IMG/VR virus record: IMGVR_UViG_3300042880_000408
Span: 6,736-70,735 of that record
Length of the DNA stretch: 64,000 nt
DNA from: a virus
Reading direction: 5' to 3' (one strand)
Shown: in pieces, positions 1 through 8,912 of the stretch
How positions within the stretch are numbered: position 1 is the stretch's first letter
Layout of the letters: every line of letters starts with the position of its first letter
Notes under the pieces: model-generated
Databases searched by the model: none
The model's input: the letters and a program-made list of their open reading frames with translations, nothing else
What the model was told of the DNA's origin: nothing
Position numbers and translations under genes: made by a program

Positions 1-2
1 AA

Positions 3-2009
3 ATGGCAGAACTCAATAGCATTACAAACGTACCGAAGATAGCTCCTGGGCAGAATCCAATTGAGCTTGGTTCTGTTCCGAACCCGATGACTTCGGGCTT
101 GTGGTGGACAACGCAGACTATTTCTGACCTTCCAGAAAATGTCATGGGTTGGCTTGTGGCTCAAGGCTTTGAGATTACTGGCATTCGGCAGGACAAAACC
201 ACAGTACCGCCGACAAATTACTTCTCCGTCAGAAAGGATAGCTTGCAGCCTCAATTGGCTTTGCTGGCTCTTTGCAACACCTACACGGTTGCTGCGAATG
301 AGGCTAGGACTGCCAATCAACAGAGGTATACCGAGGTTCTTGCCAACTATACATCGTTGATTGATTCATCGCACTTGCAGTTCGATGCTCAGGTAGAAGA
401 GCAAAACGCTCAGTCCGGCGTCTTCCTCACTGACCTCGATGAGTACATGACCGAAGTTGAGGCGATGATTCTCGACAACCAGACGCAGATTATTATCGAT
501 GCGGAAAACGCAAAGGATGCGCTGGATCAGATGATGCTTCGCCTTGGAGATCTCGAGACGAATGCAGCGAACAATGCTACGGTGATCAAGGCTTTGTTTA
601 CCAAGCAGGATTCTGCTTTAACAACCTACGTGAGCGACTACGACAGCAAGCTCGCGGAGTTAGATCAAAACTTTGCCTCATATCTTGGCGAAGTGCTTTC
701 GAAGATATCGTCGCTCGATGGAGTGCTTGATGGGCATATTGCCGAATACAGCGCTCAGTTCGTCACGCTTTCTAACAATTACACGGCGCATGCCGAAGAC
801 CTCGCTGCTCAATTGGCAAAAGTGGAAGTCAATGTAAGTGAGTACACAAGCGATGTTGAAGACATACTTACTTCGATCGAGGCAGATTACGATCAGGTCG
901 CTAACGATCTCGACCAGTATATCCTGGAGTCCGGAAGTGCTCTTTCTGGGTACTCCGGTAATTACGATGCTGTACTTGAGTTGATGCAGAGTGATTACGA
1001 TGCTCACGCTCCGGTGACTCGTGCGTTTCTTACCAATCTCGGGCAGACGGAACTGGCTAGGATCAACGAGCAATTCGCTTCAAGCTTGTCCTCGCAAATG
1101 CAGATGCTGGTCTCTCGAGGATTGTCTATGTCCACGATACCAGTGGATGTTACAGCTCGCAGCGACAGAGATAAGGATGAGCAAATCCAGTTGCTCAACG
1201 ACAGGCTCAACCGCGAGAAGCTCGAGAACGAAAACTTGCTGTACAGCAAGCAATTGGATATCCGAACGAGGAAGCTTGAGATCGTGGAGCGAAGGCATGC
1301 TGCTCAGCAGGACGTCATCCGCTTCAAGGCTTCGCTGGTTAGCAGTGTTTACGGATTGCGAAGCGAGGCGACCAATCGCGTTCTAGCTGGGAAGCAGGCA
1401 GTTTTCGCTGCAAAGGATGCGAACATCAAGTACGGCATGCAGATCAGTGCCGACTTGTACGCCAAGTTGCAAGACATCAGGCAGAGGACAATCGATTCCG
1501 TCGATCGGATTTACCAACTCAGGGACATTTTTGCCAAGTGGGACACCGAAGAGGCAAGTCGCAGGTATGAAAGGATCCAGCAGATCGAATCGCAGTTCCT
1601 GGAAAGCATACAGCGTCAGTATGTTGCTGGTCAGGATATCATCAAGACCGAGATGGGCGAAAGGCATACATTGCTTACTCAGTTGCAAGCCGCACTGACC
1701 GCCTTGATGTCTGGCAAGGAGCGATACGCCGTGCTGTTGATGCAGAACGCGAACACCCTCGCGGAACACAAGCACCGAGCAATTGTCCAGATGATGGAAA
1801 CTGCGGTTCGTCGTCTCGATGGATGGAAGACGATCGCAGATCAGAATCGAACGCTCATGGCTTACCAGCTCGACGAGAGGAACAAACTGTTGATCGGTTT
1901 GTATTCCTTCGTTGAACGGCGCGAAGATGTTGCGCCAGAATGGAAGGACATGACGAAGATGATTGCTGGGCTTGCCGACAGTGGTGGTGGTTGGTTGACC
2001 CCGAACTAG
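3..2009 (+). CDS. Coiled-coil virion/tail-associated protein (putative)
   Basis: 668-aa helical, heptad-rich ORF at the start of a co-oriented structural-looking cluster; no catalytic motif seen. Confidence 0.5.
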   Translation: MAELNSITNVPKIAPGQNPIELGSVPNPMTSGLWWTTQTISDLPENVMGWLVAQGFEITGIRQDKTTVPPTNYFSVRKDSLQPQLALLALCNTYTVAANEARTANQQRYTEVLANYTSLIDSSHLQFDAQVEEQNAQSGVFLTDLDEYMTEVEAMILDNQTQIIIDAENAKDALDQMMLRLGDLETNAANNATVIKALFTKQDSALTTYVSDYDSKLAELDQNFASYLGEVLSKISSLDGVLDGHIAEYSAQFVTLSNNYTAHAEDLAAQLAKVEVNVSEYTSDVEDILTSIEADYDQVANDLDQYILESGSALSGYSGNYDAVLELMQSDYDAHAPVTRAFLTNLGQTELARINEQFASSLSSQMQMLVSRGLSMSTIPVDVTARSDRDKDEQIQLLNDRLNREKLENENLLYSKQLDIRTRKLEIVERRHAAQQDVIRFKASLVSSVYGLRSEATNRVLAGKQAVFAAKDANIKYGMQISADLYAKLQDIRQRTIDSVDRIYQLRDIFAKWDTEEASRRYERIQQIESQFLESIQRQYVAGQDIIKTEMGERHTLLTQLQAALTALMSGKERYAVLLMQNANTLAEHKHRAIVQMMETAVRRLDGWKTIADQNRTLMAYQLDERNKLLIGLYSFVERREDVAPEWKDMTKMIAGLADSGGGWLTPN

Positions 2010-2016
2010 GTGAAGA

Positions 2017-2790
2017 ATGTTTCGTAAAATACGAAGACCTACCCCTGACTTCAAAATACCAACGCCGTTCAATGCAATGCGCGGTGGTTTTGATGATCTT
2101 CAGACCAACGGCGTATTTCCGTACTGCACGATGATGCAGGTCGCATGCGAGGACAAGTACGGCGATTATGTCGTGTGTCGCGGGTTCGACACTCGCATGT
2201 TGAGGTTCGTAGATTACGCCGAGGGAAGTTCGGAAAAGCCGGGAATATCCGTGGCTAAACCCTATGGATGCAGAGTTTCTACAGGGGGGGCGAAACGCTA
2301 TCGGATCGGCGAGGTGTTCACAGCATTTCTTCCGACACAGGGAATGTCTGATATCGACCCGCATTTTGTTCCACCATCGCCGGTCGAAGTGAATTGGAGG
2401 CTTGGTCAGAATCCTGGAACTGTTGGTGGCGCAGTCTACGGCGGTCATCCTACGTGCTTGACAGATGAAATATCCATCATGTACGACCACAACGGGCAGG
2501 TTGTAAACTGGATGCTTGTTCACACGGAAACGAAGCTTTTCAGGTTTCAATCGCAAGAGACACTCACTGGCTCCTTTTGTTCGGCATGCGTTCGCCACAT
2601 GTCCGGAGGGTGGCCGCACATCGCAAACATTTACGATCCCGAAGGAGTGTTTAGCGGAATGGAATCTGGAACGAAGGGGTACGTTTTATTTCAAGAGGGC
2701 AGATACTACATCCTGAACGCCAAGTGCGATCCCGATCTATTGGAGGATTGCGAGTGCGATCTCGAGCTAGATGCTGATTGCGAGTGCTAG
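2017..2790 (+). CDS. Cys-rich hypothetical virion protein
   Basis: 257 aa, about 12 Cys by hand count, acidic C-terminal DCEC repeats; tightly packed in the operon. Confidence 0.55.
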   Translation: MFRKIRRPTPDFKIPTPFNAMRGGFDDLQTNGVFPYCTMMQVACEDKYGDYVVCRGFDTRMLRFVDYAEGSSEKPGISVAKPYGCRVSTGGAKRYRIGEVFTAFLPTQGMSDIDPHFVPPSPVEVNWRLGQNPGTVGGAVYGGHPTCLTDEISIMYDHNGQVVNWMLVHTETKLFRFQSQETLTGSFCSACVRHMSGGWPHIANIYDPEGVFSGMESGTKGYVLFQEGRYYILNAKCDPDLLEDCECDLELDADCEC

Positions 2791-2811
2791 GTAGGGAAAG
2801 GTGAGTGTTTC

Positions 2812-4026
2812 ATGGGTTGGTGGAAATGTTGCTGTGCGGAATGCTTGATTTTTGGAGATGACTTCACGCGAGATGAGCCTGGAACACCTATGGGGTATCG
2901 GGATTCCGCTCCGTTCGCCGGCAAAGGCTGGTGCGACAACCCGGGAGAATACTACATCGTTAATGTCCCTACCTGGAGAGCTCGTTGCGAGGTTCCGAAC
3001 GCAAAGGCGATCTGTAACGTCAAGCATCCAAACGAAGTGGGGTCGATGTACGTTTCGATCAAAACGCAAGACGAAGAGCCAAGGACTGCATCTGCGTACG
3101 CCGAGGGTCAAAAATGGAGGGTTTACCTCAACGTCACCAGGAGTGTTTCAGGCAATCCTCCAGTTTGCACACCAATATCCTACTACTTTGCCGAGTACGA
3201 AAGGCTTGGCGGGTCGATTGATCCTGCCGACCGGAGTTGGATCAGGCTCGGCATTGGAAGTGGTGGCGCTGAAACGATCCTCAAAGAGTTGCCGGTGTTT
3301 TCCCAGGCTGGATTGTCGAGAAGGCTTTGGGCTGCGATTGACGAGGATAGTTTTTGCGCTGGCGTGACAGAAACCATACTTGGTTCCGTAACTATGAAAT
3401 CCCCCGGTTTATTTGAAAATGGATGGTACAGCGGATTTGGCATGAGCGAAGAAGACATGCTAGCTGACGATTTCGAGTTTTACCGTCACTACAACAGCGA
3501 TTTCCCGAAGACTCGAGATCAGGGTTGCCCTGGGTGTGCATCGTGCTTGTGCGAAGACAACACCAACTACGGGACGGATGACGGATTGGAAATCCCTCCG
3601 GTGCTTAACGTTTGTATATGGACGGATCCAGAGGGTTGCCCTCGACTCGAGAATCTTGAACCATGCTCTTTCGAGATTGAGTACGATCGTGTCGAAGGAC
3701 AGTGGATTCACGAAGGCTTTAAGTGTTGCGGATCGTTTCGCGTAGAGTTTGGGTGCGGAGGAGGCATCGGGGCAGAAAGATATCCGTTGACTAATATGGG
3801 GGCTTGCCATGACTCCGCGCTTGGGCCAGACAGTCGCTATCCGAATGGCTACACGTGTTCAAGCGAGACGGGTGAGATATGCTTTACGTACGGGCCGTAC
3901 TTCGTTGCTGAGCTGGATTTCGCTTGCCAGTGCCGAGACACTATCTTTGGGACTGGATCCTGCGAATACTACATAACCGTCACGGCAGGTGAACCATGCA
4001 CGAGAAAAGATTGCAGAAATGTGTAA
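2812..4026 (+). CDS. Cys-rich protein, possible tail/receptor-binding component
   Basis: 404 aa, about 27 Cys by hand count (N-terminal WWKCCCAEC, CPGCASCLC); overlaps the next gene. Confidence 0.55.
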   Translation: MGWWKCCCAECLIFGDDFTRDEPGTPMGYRDSAPFAGKGWCDNPGEYYIVNVPTWRARCEVPNAKAICNVKHPNEVGSMYVSIKTQDEEPRTASAYAEGQKWRVYLNVTRSVSGNPPVCTPISYYFAEYERLGGSIDPADRSWIRLGIGSGGAETILKELPVFSQAGLSRRLWAAIDEDSFCAGVTETILGSVTMKSPGLFENGWYSGFGMSEEDMLADDFEFYRHYNSDFPKTRDQGCPGCASCLCEDNTNYGTDDGLEIPPVLNVCIWTDPEGCPRLENLEPCSFEIEYDRVEGQWIHEGFKCCGSFRVEFGCGGGIGAERYPLTNMGACHDSALGPDSRYPNGYTCSSETGEICFTYGPYFVAELDFACQCRDTIFGTGSCEYYITVTAGEPCTRKDCRNV

Positions 4027-5836
4027 ATGCCCTCATTGCGACCAGGAATGCACGAATGAAATCCGTCCCTACGTTTGCGCTTGCGGATCGGTACTAGGCA
4101 AGAACGGGTGGGTCAGAACGATTACTGTTCGAAGGAGCACCGCCACGGTGTTTCATGACCACCACACGAAAAGAGCCACAGAGGGTCGGAACGCATGGTC
4201 GAAAATTCACAGCATCGAGCATGGCACTCCGGAAAGCTTTGAAGCTTGGAAGAAATACATGCCGGCAGGTTGCGAATGCCGAAAGAAGGTAGATGCGATC
4301 TTGCAGAAGATGCCTCCGAGATACGAATCTCCGACCGACTGGTTCGAATGGACGGTCGACTTCCACAATGAAGTCAACCTTTCGCTCGACAAGCCTACCG
4401 TTTCCATGAATCGCGCATACATGATCTGGAAGCACAGGAGACCCGCCAGCGGACGAAAGCGAGCTGTGATCACGGTGGCGAACGGCATTGAGTTTTCGAA
4501 GGTGCTCGCTGTGTCTCGACCTTACATGCAAGCTTACGCAGACCGGGTGGACGCTGATTTGATCGATCTGGACAACGACACGGAGTCCTGGGCTCCGATG
4601 GAGAAGTTTAGGGTTTATCATTTTGCCGAGCAGTACGACGAGGTGTTGTTTGTCGATGCCGACTGCATCATCACGGACAAATGCCCAGACCTGTTCGATA
4701 TTCCCGGCGACGTTGTGATCCACGATGACTACGAAGTGTTGAAATCGCCATCGATCATGGATGAGGAAAGAAAGCGAGTTTCAGCGTTGTCCAGATTTGA
4801 GATACCTATGTCTCAAACTGCGATGAACACTGGGGTGGTACTCACTCGCAAGCCGGCAAGCCATATTTGGAAGCGACCGGAAGTATCGATCGGGACGACG
4901 CGGTTTGCAGAGCAGGTTTGGATCGAGGGGCAGATAAACGCTGACTGCTTGTCAGTGACGCGACTTCCGCATGAGGCTAATTGGCAGTTTTGGTACGGTA
5001 GGCACAGCCAGCCGATCGATGTTTTCGAAAGCAAAATTCGTGATGCTTGGATAGCGCATGCCGCGGCGAGCACTCAGAAAGTGTCGACAATGCGGAAGAT
5101 CGCTGACCATTTGTCAGTCGTAGTGCCGCAGCCACCGATCGAAGGTCTCACGGCAGTCACCTCGCTCTCCCTGCTTCCTCACCACATAGGTGTTCAGGAG
5201 CGTTGTTTGCGGACATGGTTGGACATGGGACTGAAGATCGTCGCCGGTAACTCCGAGCAGGACATCGAGAAACTAAGAGGCATTTACCCCTACGTGGAAT
5301 TCCGTCCATGCGGTCAATCTGCATCCTACGATCGACCGACAGCTCGCATTTACGACCTAATGCGATTGGTTGATGAGCCGATATTGCTGATTAACTCCGA
5401 TATCGAGATGCACGGATCGCAGTCGATGCTTCTTGATGCCCTAAGATCGCAAGAATCGATCGTTGGATTGCGTCATAATTACGACACTGGGATATTTGAT
5501 GCAATCGTCGAGCCGTGGGGCGTTGATGCGTTTTTGTTGTTCCCGGAGGCGATAGCGACATTCCCCGACTTGGATTTCGCGATCGGTCAGACGATGTGGG
5601 ATTACTGGATCCCAAAGCATTTGGAAAGCATTGGTGCTAAAATGCGGTGGGCGGGAGAGCCTTTTTTCTTCCACAAGTCGCATCCTGTGCATTGGAAGCA
5701 TGAATCGCTGGAAACTGGTCGCAAAATGCTCGCAGATTTATACGGAATTGAAGATTCCATGGCTGCTTGGCAGAAATGGCGAATGGAGAGACCGTACGGA
5801 TTAGGGTATAAAGGCACAAACTCGAAGCCAAGTTGA
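4019..5836 (+). CDS. Erv1/ALR-like sulfhydryl oxidase domain fused to two glycosyltransferase-like (GT-A) domains
   Basis: GRNAWSKIH...PAGCECR...FEWTVDFHNEVNLSLDKP matches the Erv/ALR FAD-binding pattern; then VLFVDADC, NTGV, EQ (GT-A, DxD) and LINSDI...GVDAF...WDYW; start placed at ATG 4019 (ORF track starts at 3989). Confidence 0.75.
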   Translation: MCKCPHCDQECTNEIRPYVCACGSVLGKNGWVRTITVRRSTATVFHDHHTKRATEGRNAWSKIHSIEHGTPESFEAWKKYMPAGCECRKKVDAILQKMPPRYESPTDWFEWTVDFHNEVNLSLDKPTVSMNRAYMIWKHRRPASGRKRAVITVANGIEFSKVLAVSRPYMQAYADRVDADLIDLDNDTESWAPMEKFRVYHFAEQYDEVLFVDADCIITDKCPDLFDIPGDVVIHDDYEVLKSPSIMDEERKRVSALSRFEIPMSQTAMNTGVVLTRKPASHIWKRPEVSIGTTRFAEQVWIEGQINADCLSVTRLPHEANWQFWYGRHSQPIDVFESKIRDAWIAHAAASTQKVSTMRKIADHLSVVVPQPPIEGLTAVTSLSLLPHHIGVQERCLRTWLDMGLKIVAGNSEQDIEKLRGIYPYVEFRPCGQSASYDRPTARIYDLMRLVDEPILLINSDIEMHGSQSMLLDALRSQESIVGLRHNYDTGIFDAIVEPWGVDAFLLFPEAIATFPDLDFAIGQTMWDYWIPKHLESIGAKMRWAGEPFFFHKSHPVHWKHESLETGRKMLADLYGIEDSMAAWQKWRMERPYGLGYKGTNSKPS

Positions 5837-5899
5837 GGCGTTCTCGGGATTGTTTGCACACAAGCAGTAAAATAGTTCAATTCGAAGGAGTAACGAGAT

Positions 5900-8842
5900 A
5901 TGCCTATCAAAGTAATTCATGATGTACCTGGAATTGTTCCAAGCCAAGACGAAGGCATGAGCAAGTATGGTGGGCCGATGGTCATGCAGCAGCGCAAGTA
6001 TGATCTTGAGCAGATGCAGGGTCAGCAAAACAATCAAAACAGAATGAATGCGATTGGGGCAATGCAAAACTACAACGCAGAGCCTTCAATCGGCGAAGAT
6101 GATGCGATGCTCGACCAGGAAATACGTGGCGGGCTGTACGATCCGGATACGGTAAGGTCGCTACGGGATGATCAACGCGCGATGAGGGAGATCATGCGAG
6201 ATAGGAATATCGACGGCACGCAAAGAGCTCAGGCGATTGACAATGTGCGTTCTCGCATGCGAATGACTAGATCTACTGGCAAAGTCCCGCCGATGATGCA
6301 ACAGATGCCGCCTGCGGCAGTGCAAGGAAAGCCGCCCATGACGGAGGCAGAATACTTTGCCGATCAAAAGAACTACGACGGTGCTTATGCCGCCGCGCGG
6401 TCTAGATTGCAAGAAGGGGGATCTCCTGTCACTGAGGAAAACATTCATGCTCAAATGCACAACGATTACCTAACGAAGCAGAAATTTTTTCAGAGTCTAA
6501 GACAACCGCAAGGGCAGATGCCACCACAGCAATCTGCCCCGCCTGTCGGTCAGCTGCAAGCCTCGTACACTTCCCCGCAGGTGTTTGGTTCTCCTGGGGT
6601 GCTGGCTCAAGGTGGATTTTCGCAGAGCGGCGGCCAGCAATATAATCCATGGATGGTGCCACTAATTGGAGATTCGATGAGGACTCCTGTTGCTGGATAT
6701 CCGGCGACAAATCGAAACGGTTCTGCGATTTCTCATGGTATTGCGCTAGCCCCTGGGCACCCAGACTACAAAGCGCCTCCAACACCAACTAACCAGAGAG
6801 ACGCGGAAGGCTATGTCATCATGAGTGACGGAAGCAGGGTCGACCCAAGAGACAAGTTCGCCATGAGCACCGGAGGTCGGGGGCAGCAGTCTGACGTAAA
6901 ACTGACTCATCCAAACGGAACTCCGAAAGAACAAAAACCAGCCAAGATGCTTGAGTATGCGGCAGAACGAAGTCTTGCCAGCAATGGTTCTCCTATGATG
7001 CAAGGGCAGATGCAACCACAGCAATCTGCCGGCATAGGCTCGTTCGGTGGCGAGACCGTGTTTGGTGCTCAAGATCTTCTCGCGATGCCTGCATCTGCAC
7101 CTTTGCCCGGGGTTACGACCGGCGCAGTGCTTCCTGGATCTCCGATGCCGCAGCAATCTTCGCAACAGCAGCCAATGTATCCGATGGAGGCTGTAGCAAA
7201 CTCCAGGGTGGATGCTGGTTACATGGCAAGGCCAGACAGTGGTTTTACGGGAGAAAGGACTTTCACCAGTGCGGACGGTCGGTCGCTTGTGGGTAGTATC
7301 GTCCAAGTAAACCAGCCAACCGAAAGTGGAGGTTACTCGGTCGTTCGCATCAAGAAAAAATCTGACAATCTGGTTTACGATGTACCGCTGGATCGGCTAA
7401 GTCAACAGGATCAGCAATTTGTATTGAGCGGAGGCAATGCTGACACTATGTACGACCTTGCTAATCCAGGCAGATCCATAGGCACGAATTTATTCGATCC
7501 GCAAAATCCAGCAAACGTAGCAATGTCAACACCGGATCCAAATGTCGTCAATCCTCAAAAGAGAACGATGGGTGAACCTGGAGGGGCGTATGGTTTGGGG
7601 CAAGTGAACTACGGTCAATCTCCGAGCGGTAAAAACGTGTACGCCGACATTATCCCTGGTGGCACAATGCCAGTAGCCAGATCGTCAAGCGGCGGAAGAA
7701 CGCCAGAGGAACGCGATGCAGATGTGAAACGGATGAAAGACTTCAGGAATAAGCAATCGCGAATGACCAGTGGCGCGCAGGCACCTGCTGCCGCGACGGA
7801 TCCTGCGTTGACGCAGTTGCTTGCGACGATGACACCTAGCCAGCGCAGGGACTTCTCAAAGTGGCTCGGTGAAGAGCCTTCCAGGTACGCAAACCGCAAC
7901 GAAATAGCCCGTCAGCAGTCGACTGAGTGGGGTGATCAAGTCTCTAAGGGCCAGTACCAAAAATATCCAGGCATGGAGGCTCGTAGGGAAAAACAGCAGT
8001 CGACGCAAGGGCAGCAATTGTTGCCGAAAGGGCAACAGCCAGCACCTCAGCAGCCAGCGACAACGCAGCCAGTTCCAGGTCAAAAACCAGCGAGTCAACA
8101 GGTGAAACCCGATGCGTCAAACCCGAAAATTAAAGCAGAGTTAGACCGCGTAAACTCTGGCAATGCGACAAAAAGGGATAGAGAAGCAGCCATTGAAGCA
8201 TTGAGAAGTCAGGGTATTACCTCTGATATGCTTGAGGAAGTTGATGGCATAGTAAGGTTAAAGACGCAACCTAAGCCTTCGTCTTCAGAAAAGAACTCTG
8301 TTAAGCCGGTCAGTCCTCAGCCAACCGCACCTCCTGGAAGCAGTCCTTCAGCACCAACAGGCCCTAGACGTATTAATGGACAATGGGTGCTTGACCCTCT
8401 TCCATTTAGAGATGAGCCAGCTAGAGGAGCTTACGTTAAGCCTAGAAGTGCTGATGGTAGCCCAGCGAAAGTCAAACCTTCAGTTGCACCCAAACAACAG
8501 GAGTCACCCACTAAGCTTCCTGCCTCTTCGGAAATACCTTCCGTCGCGTCGCAGGAGAATGCAGATTGGCAGGATTGGTGGTCAAGGAATATTCCTGAAT
8601 TTGAATCCGATGGTGGCACTTCACTAAGCACGTGGACGAGTGCAGGTGACAGCAAGAAGGAATTCAAGGGATCTGTAATCCGTATTTCCAAGTTTACGGA
8701 AGGCACACGGTATGCTTCATTTAAGGACGAAATGGGCCGTGTTTACACAATAGACATCAAGCTGTTGAGTGAGGCGGATCAAAATAGGCTGAAAGACATA
8801 TACAAATCCGGTCAAGCGAAATCTTCCCGTGCTGGCAAGTAG
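5900..8842 (+). CDS. Q/P-rich protein with two SHD1-like domains, probable internal virion (ejection) protein
   Basis: RTFTSADG...VPLDRLSQQDQQFV (~7253-7423) and TWTSAGD...IDIKLLSEADQNRL (~8627-8794); AGGAG RBS; precedes the giant ORF. Confidence 0.65.
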   Translation: MPIKVIHDVPGIVPSQDEGMSKYGGPMVMQQRKYDLEQMQGQQNNQNRMNAIGAMQNYNAEPSIGEDDAMLDQEIRGGLYDPDTVRSLRDDQRAMREIMRDRNIDGTQRAQAIDNVRSRMRMTRSTGKVPPMMQQMPPAAVQGKPPMTEAEYFADQKNYDGAYAAARSRLQEGGSPVTEENIHAQMHNDYLTKQKFFQSLRQPQGQMPPQQSAPPVGQLQASYTSPQVFGSPGVLAQGGFSQSGGQQYNPWMVPLIGDSMRTPVAGYPATNRNGSAISHGIALAPGHPDYKAPPTPTNQRDAEGYVIMSDGSRVDPRDKFAMSTGGRGQQSDVKLTHPNGTPKEQKPAKMLEYAAERSLASNGSPMMQGQMQPQQSAGIGSFGGETVFGAQDLLAMPASAPLPGVTTGAVLPGSPMPQQSSQQQPMYPMEAVANSRVDAGYMARPDSGFTGERTFTSADGRSLVGSIVQVNQPTESGGYSVVRIKKKSDNLVYDVPLDRLSQQDQQFVLSGGNADTMYDLANPGRSIGTNLFDPQNPANVAMSTPDPNVVNPQKRTMGEPGGAYGLGQVNYGQSPSGKNVYADIIPGGTMPVARSSSGGRTPEERDADVKRMKDFRNKQSRMTSGAQAPAAATDPALTQLLATMTPSQRRDFSKWLGEEPSRYANRNEIARQQSTEWGDQVSKGQYQKYPGMEARREKQQSTQGQQLLPKGQQPAPQQPATTQPVPGQKPASQQVKPDASNPKIKAELDRVNSGNATKRDREAAIEALRSQGITSDMLEEVDGIVRLKTQPKPSSSEKNSVKPVSPQPTAPPGSSPSAPTGPRRINGQWVLDPLPFRDEPARGAYVKPRSADGSPAKVKPSVAPKQQESPTKLPASSEIPSVASQENADWQDWWSRNIPEFESDGGTSLSTWTSAGDSKKEFKGSVIRISKFTEGTRYASFKDEMGRVYTIDIKLLSEADQNRLKDIYKSGQAKSSRAGK

Positions 8843-8912
8843 AACTTCGCCGGGTGAGTTGTGGTTGACGTTTTCATTAAAAAAGCAATCTAAATAGGCA
8901 GAGGTTCGTCAA

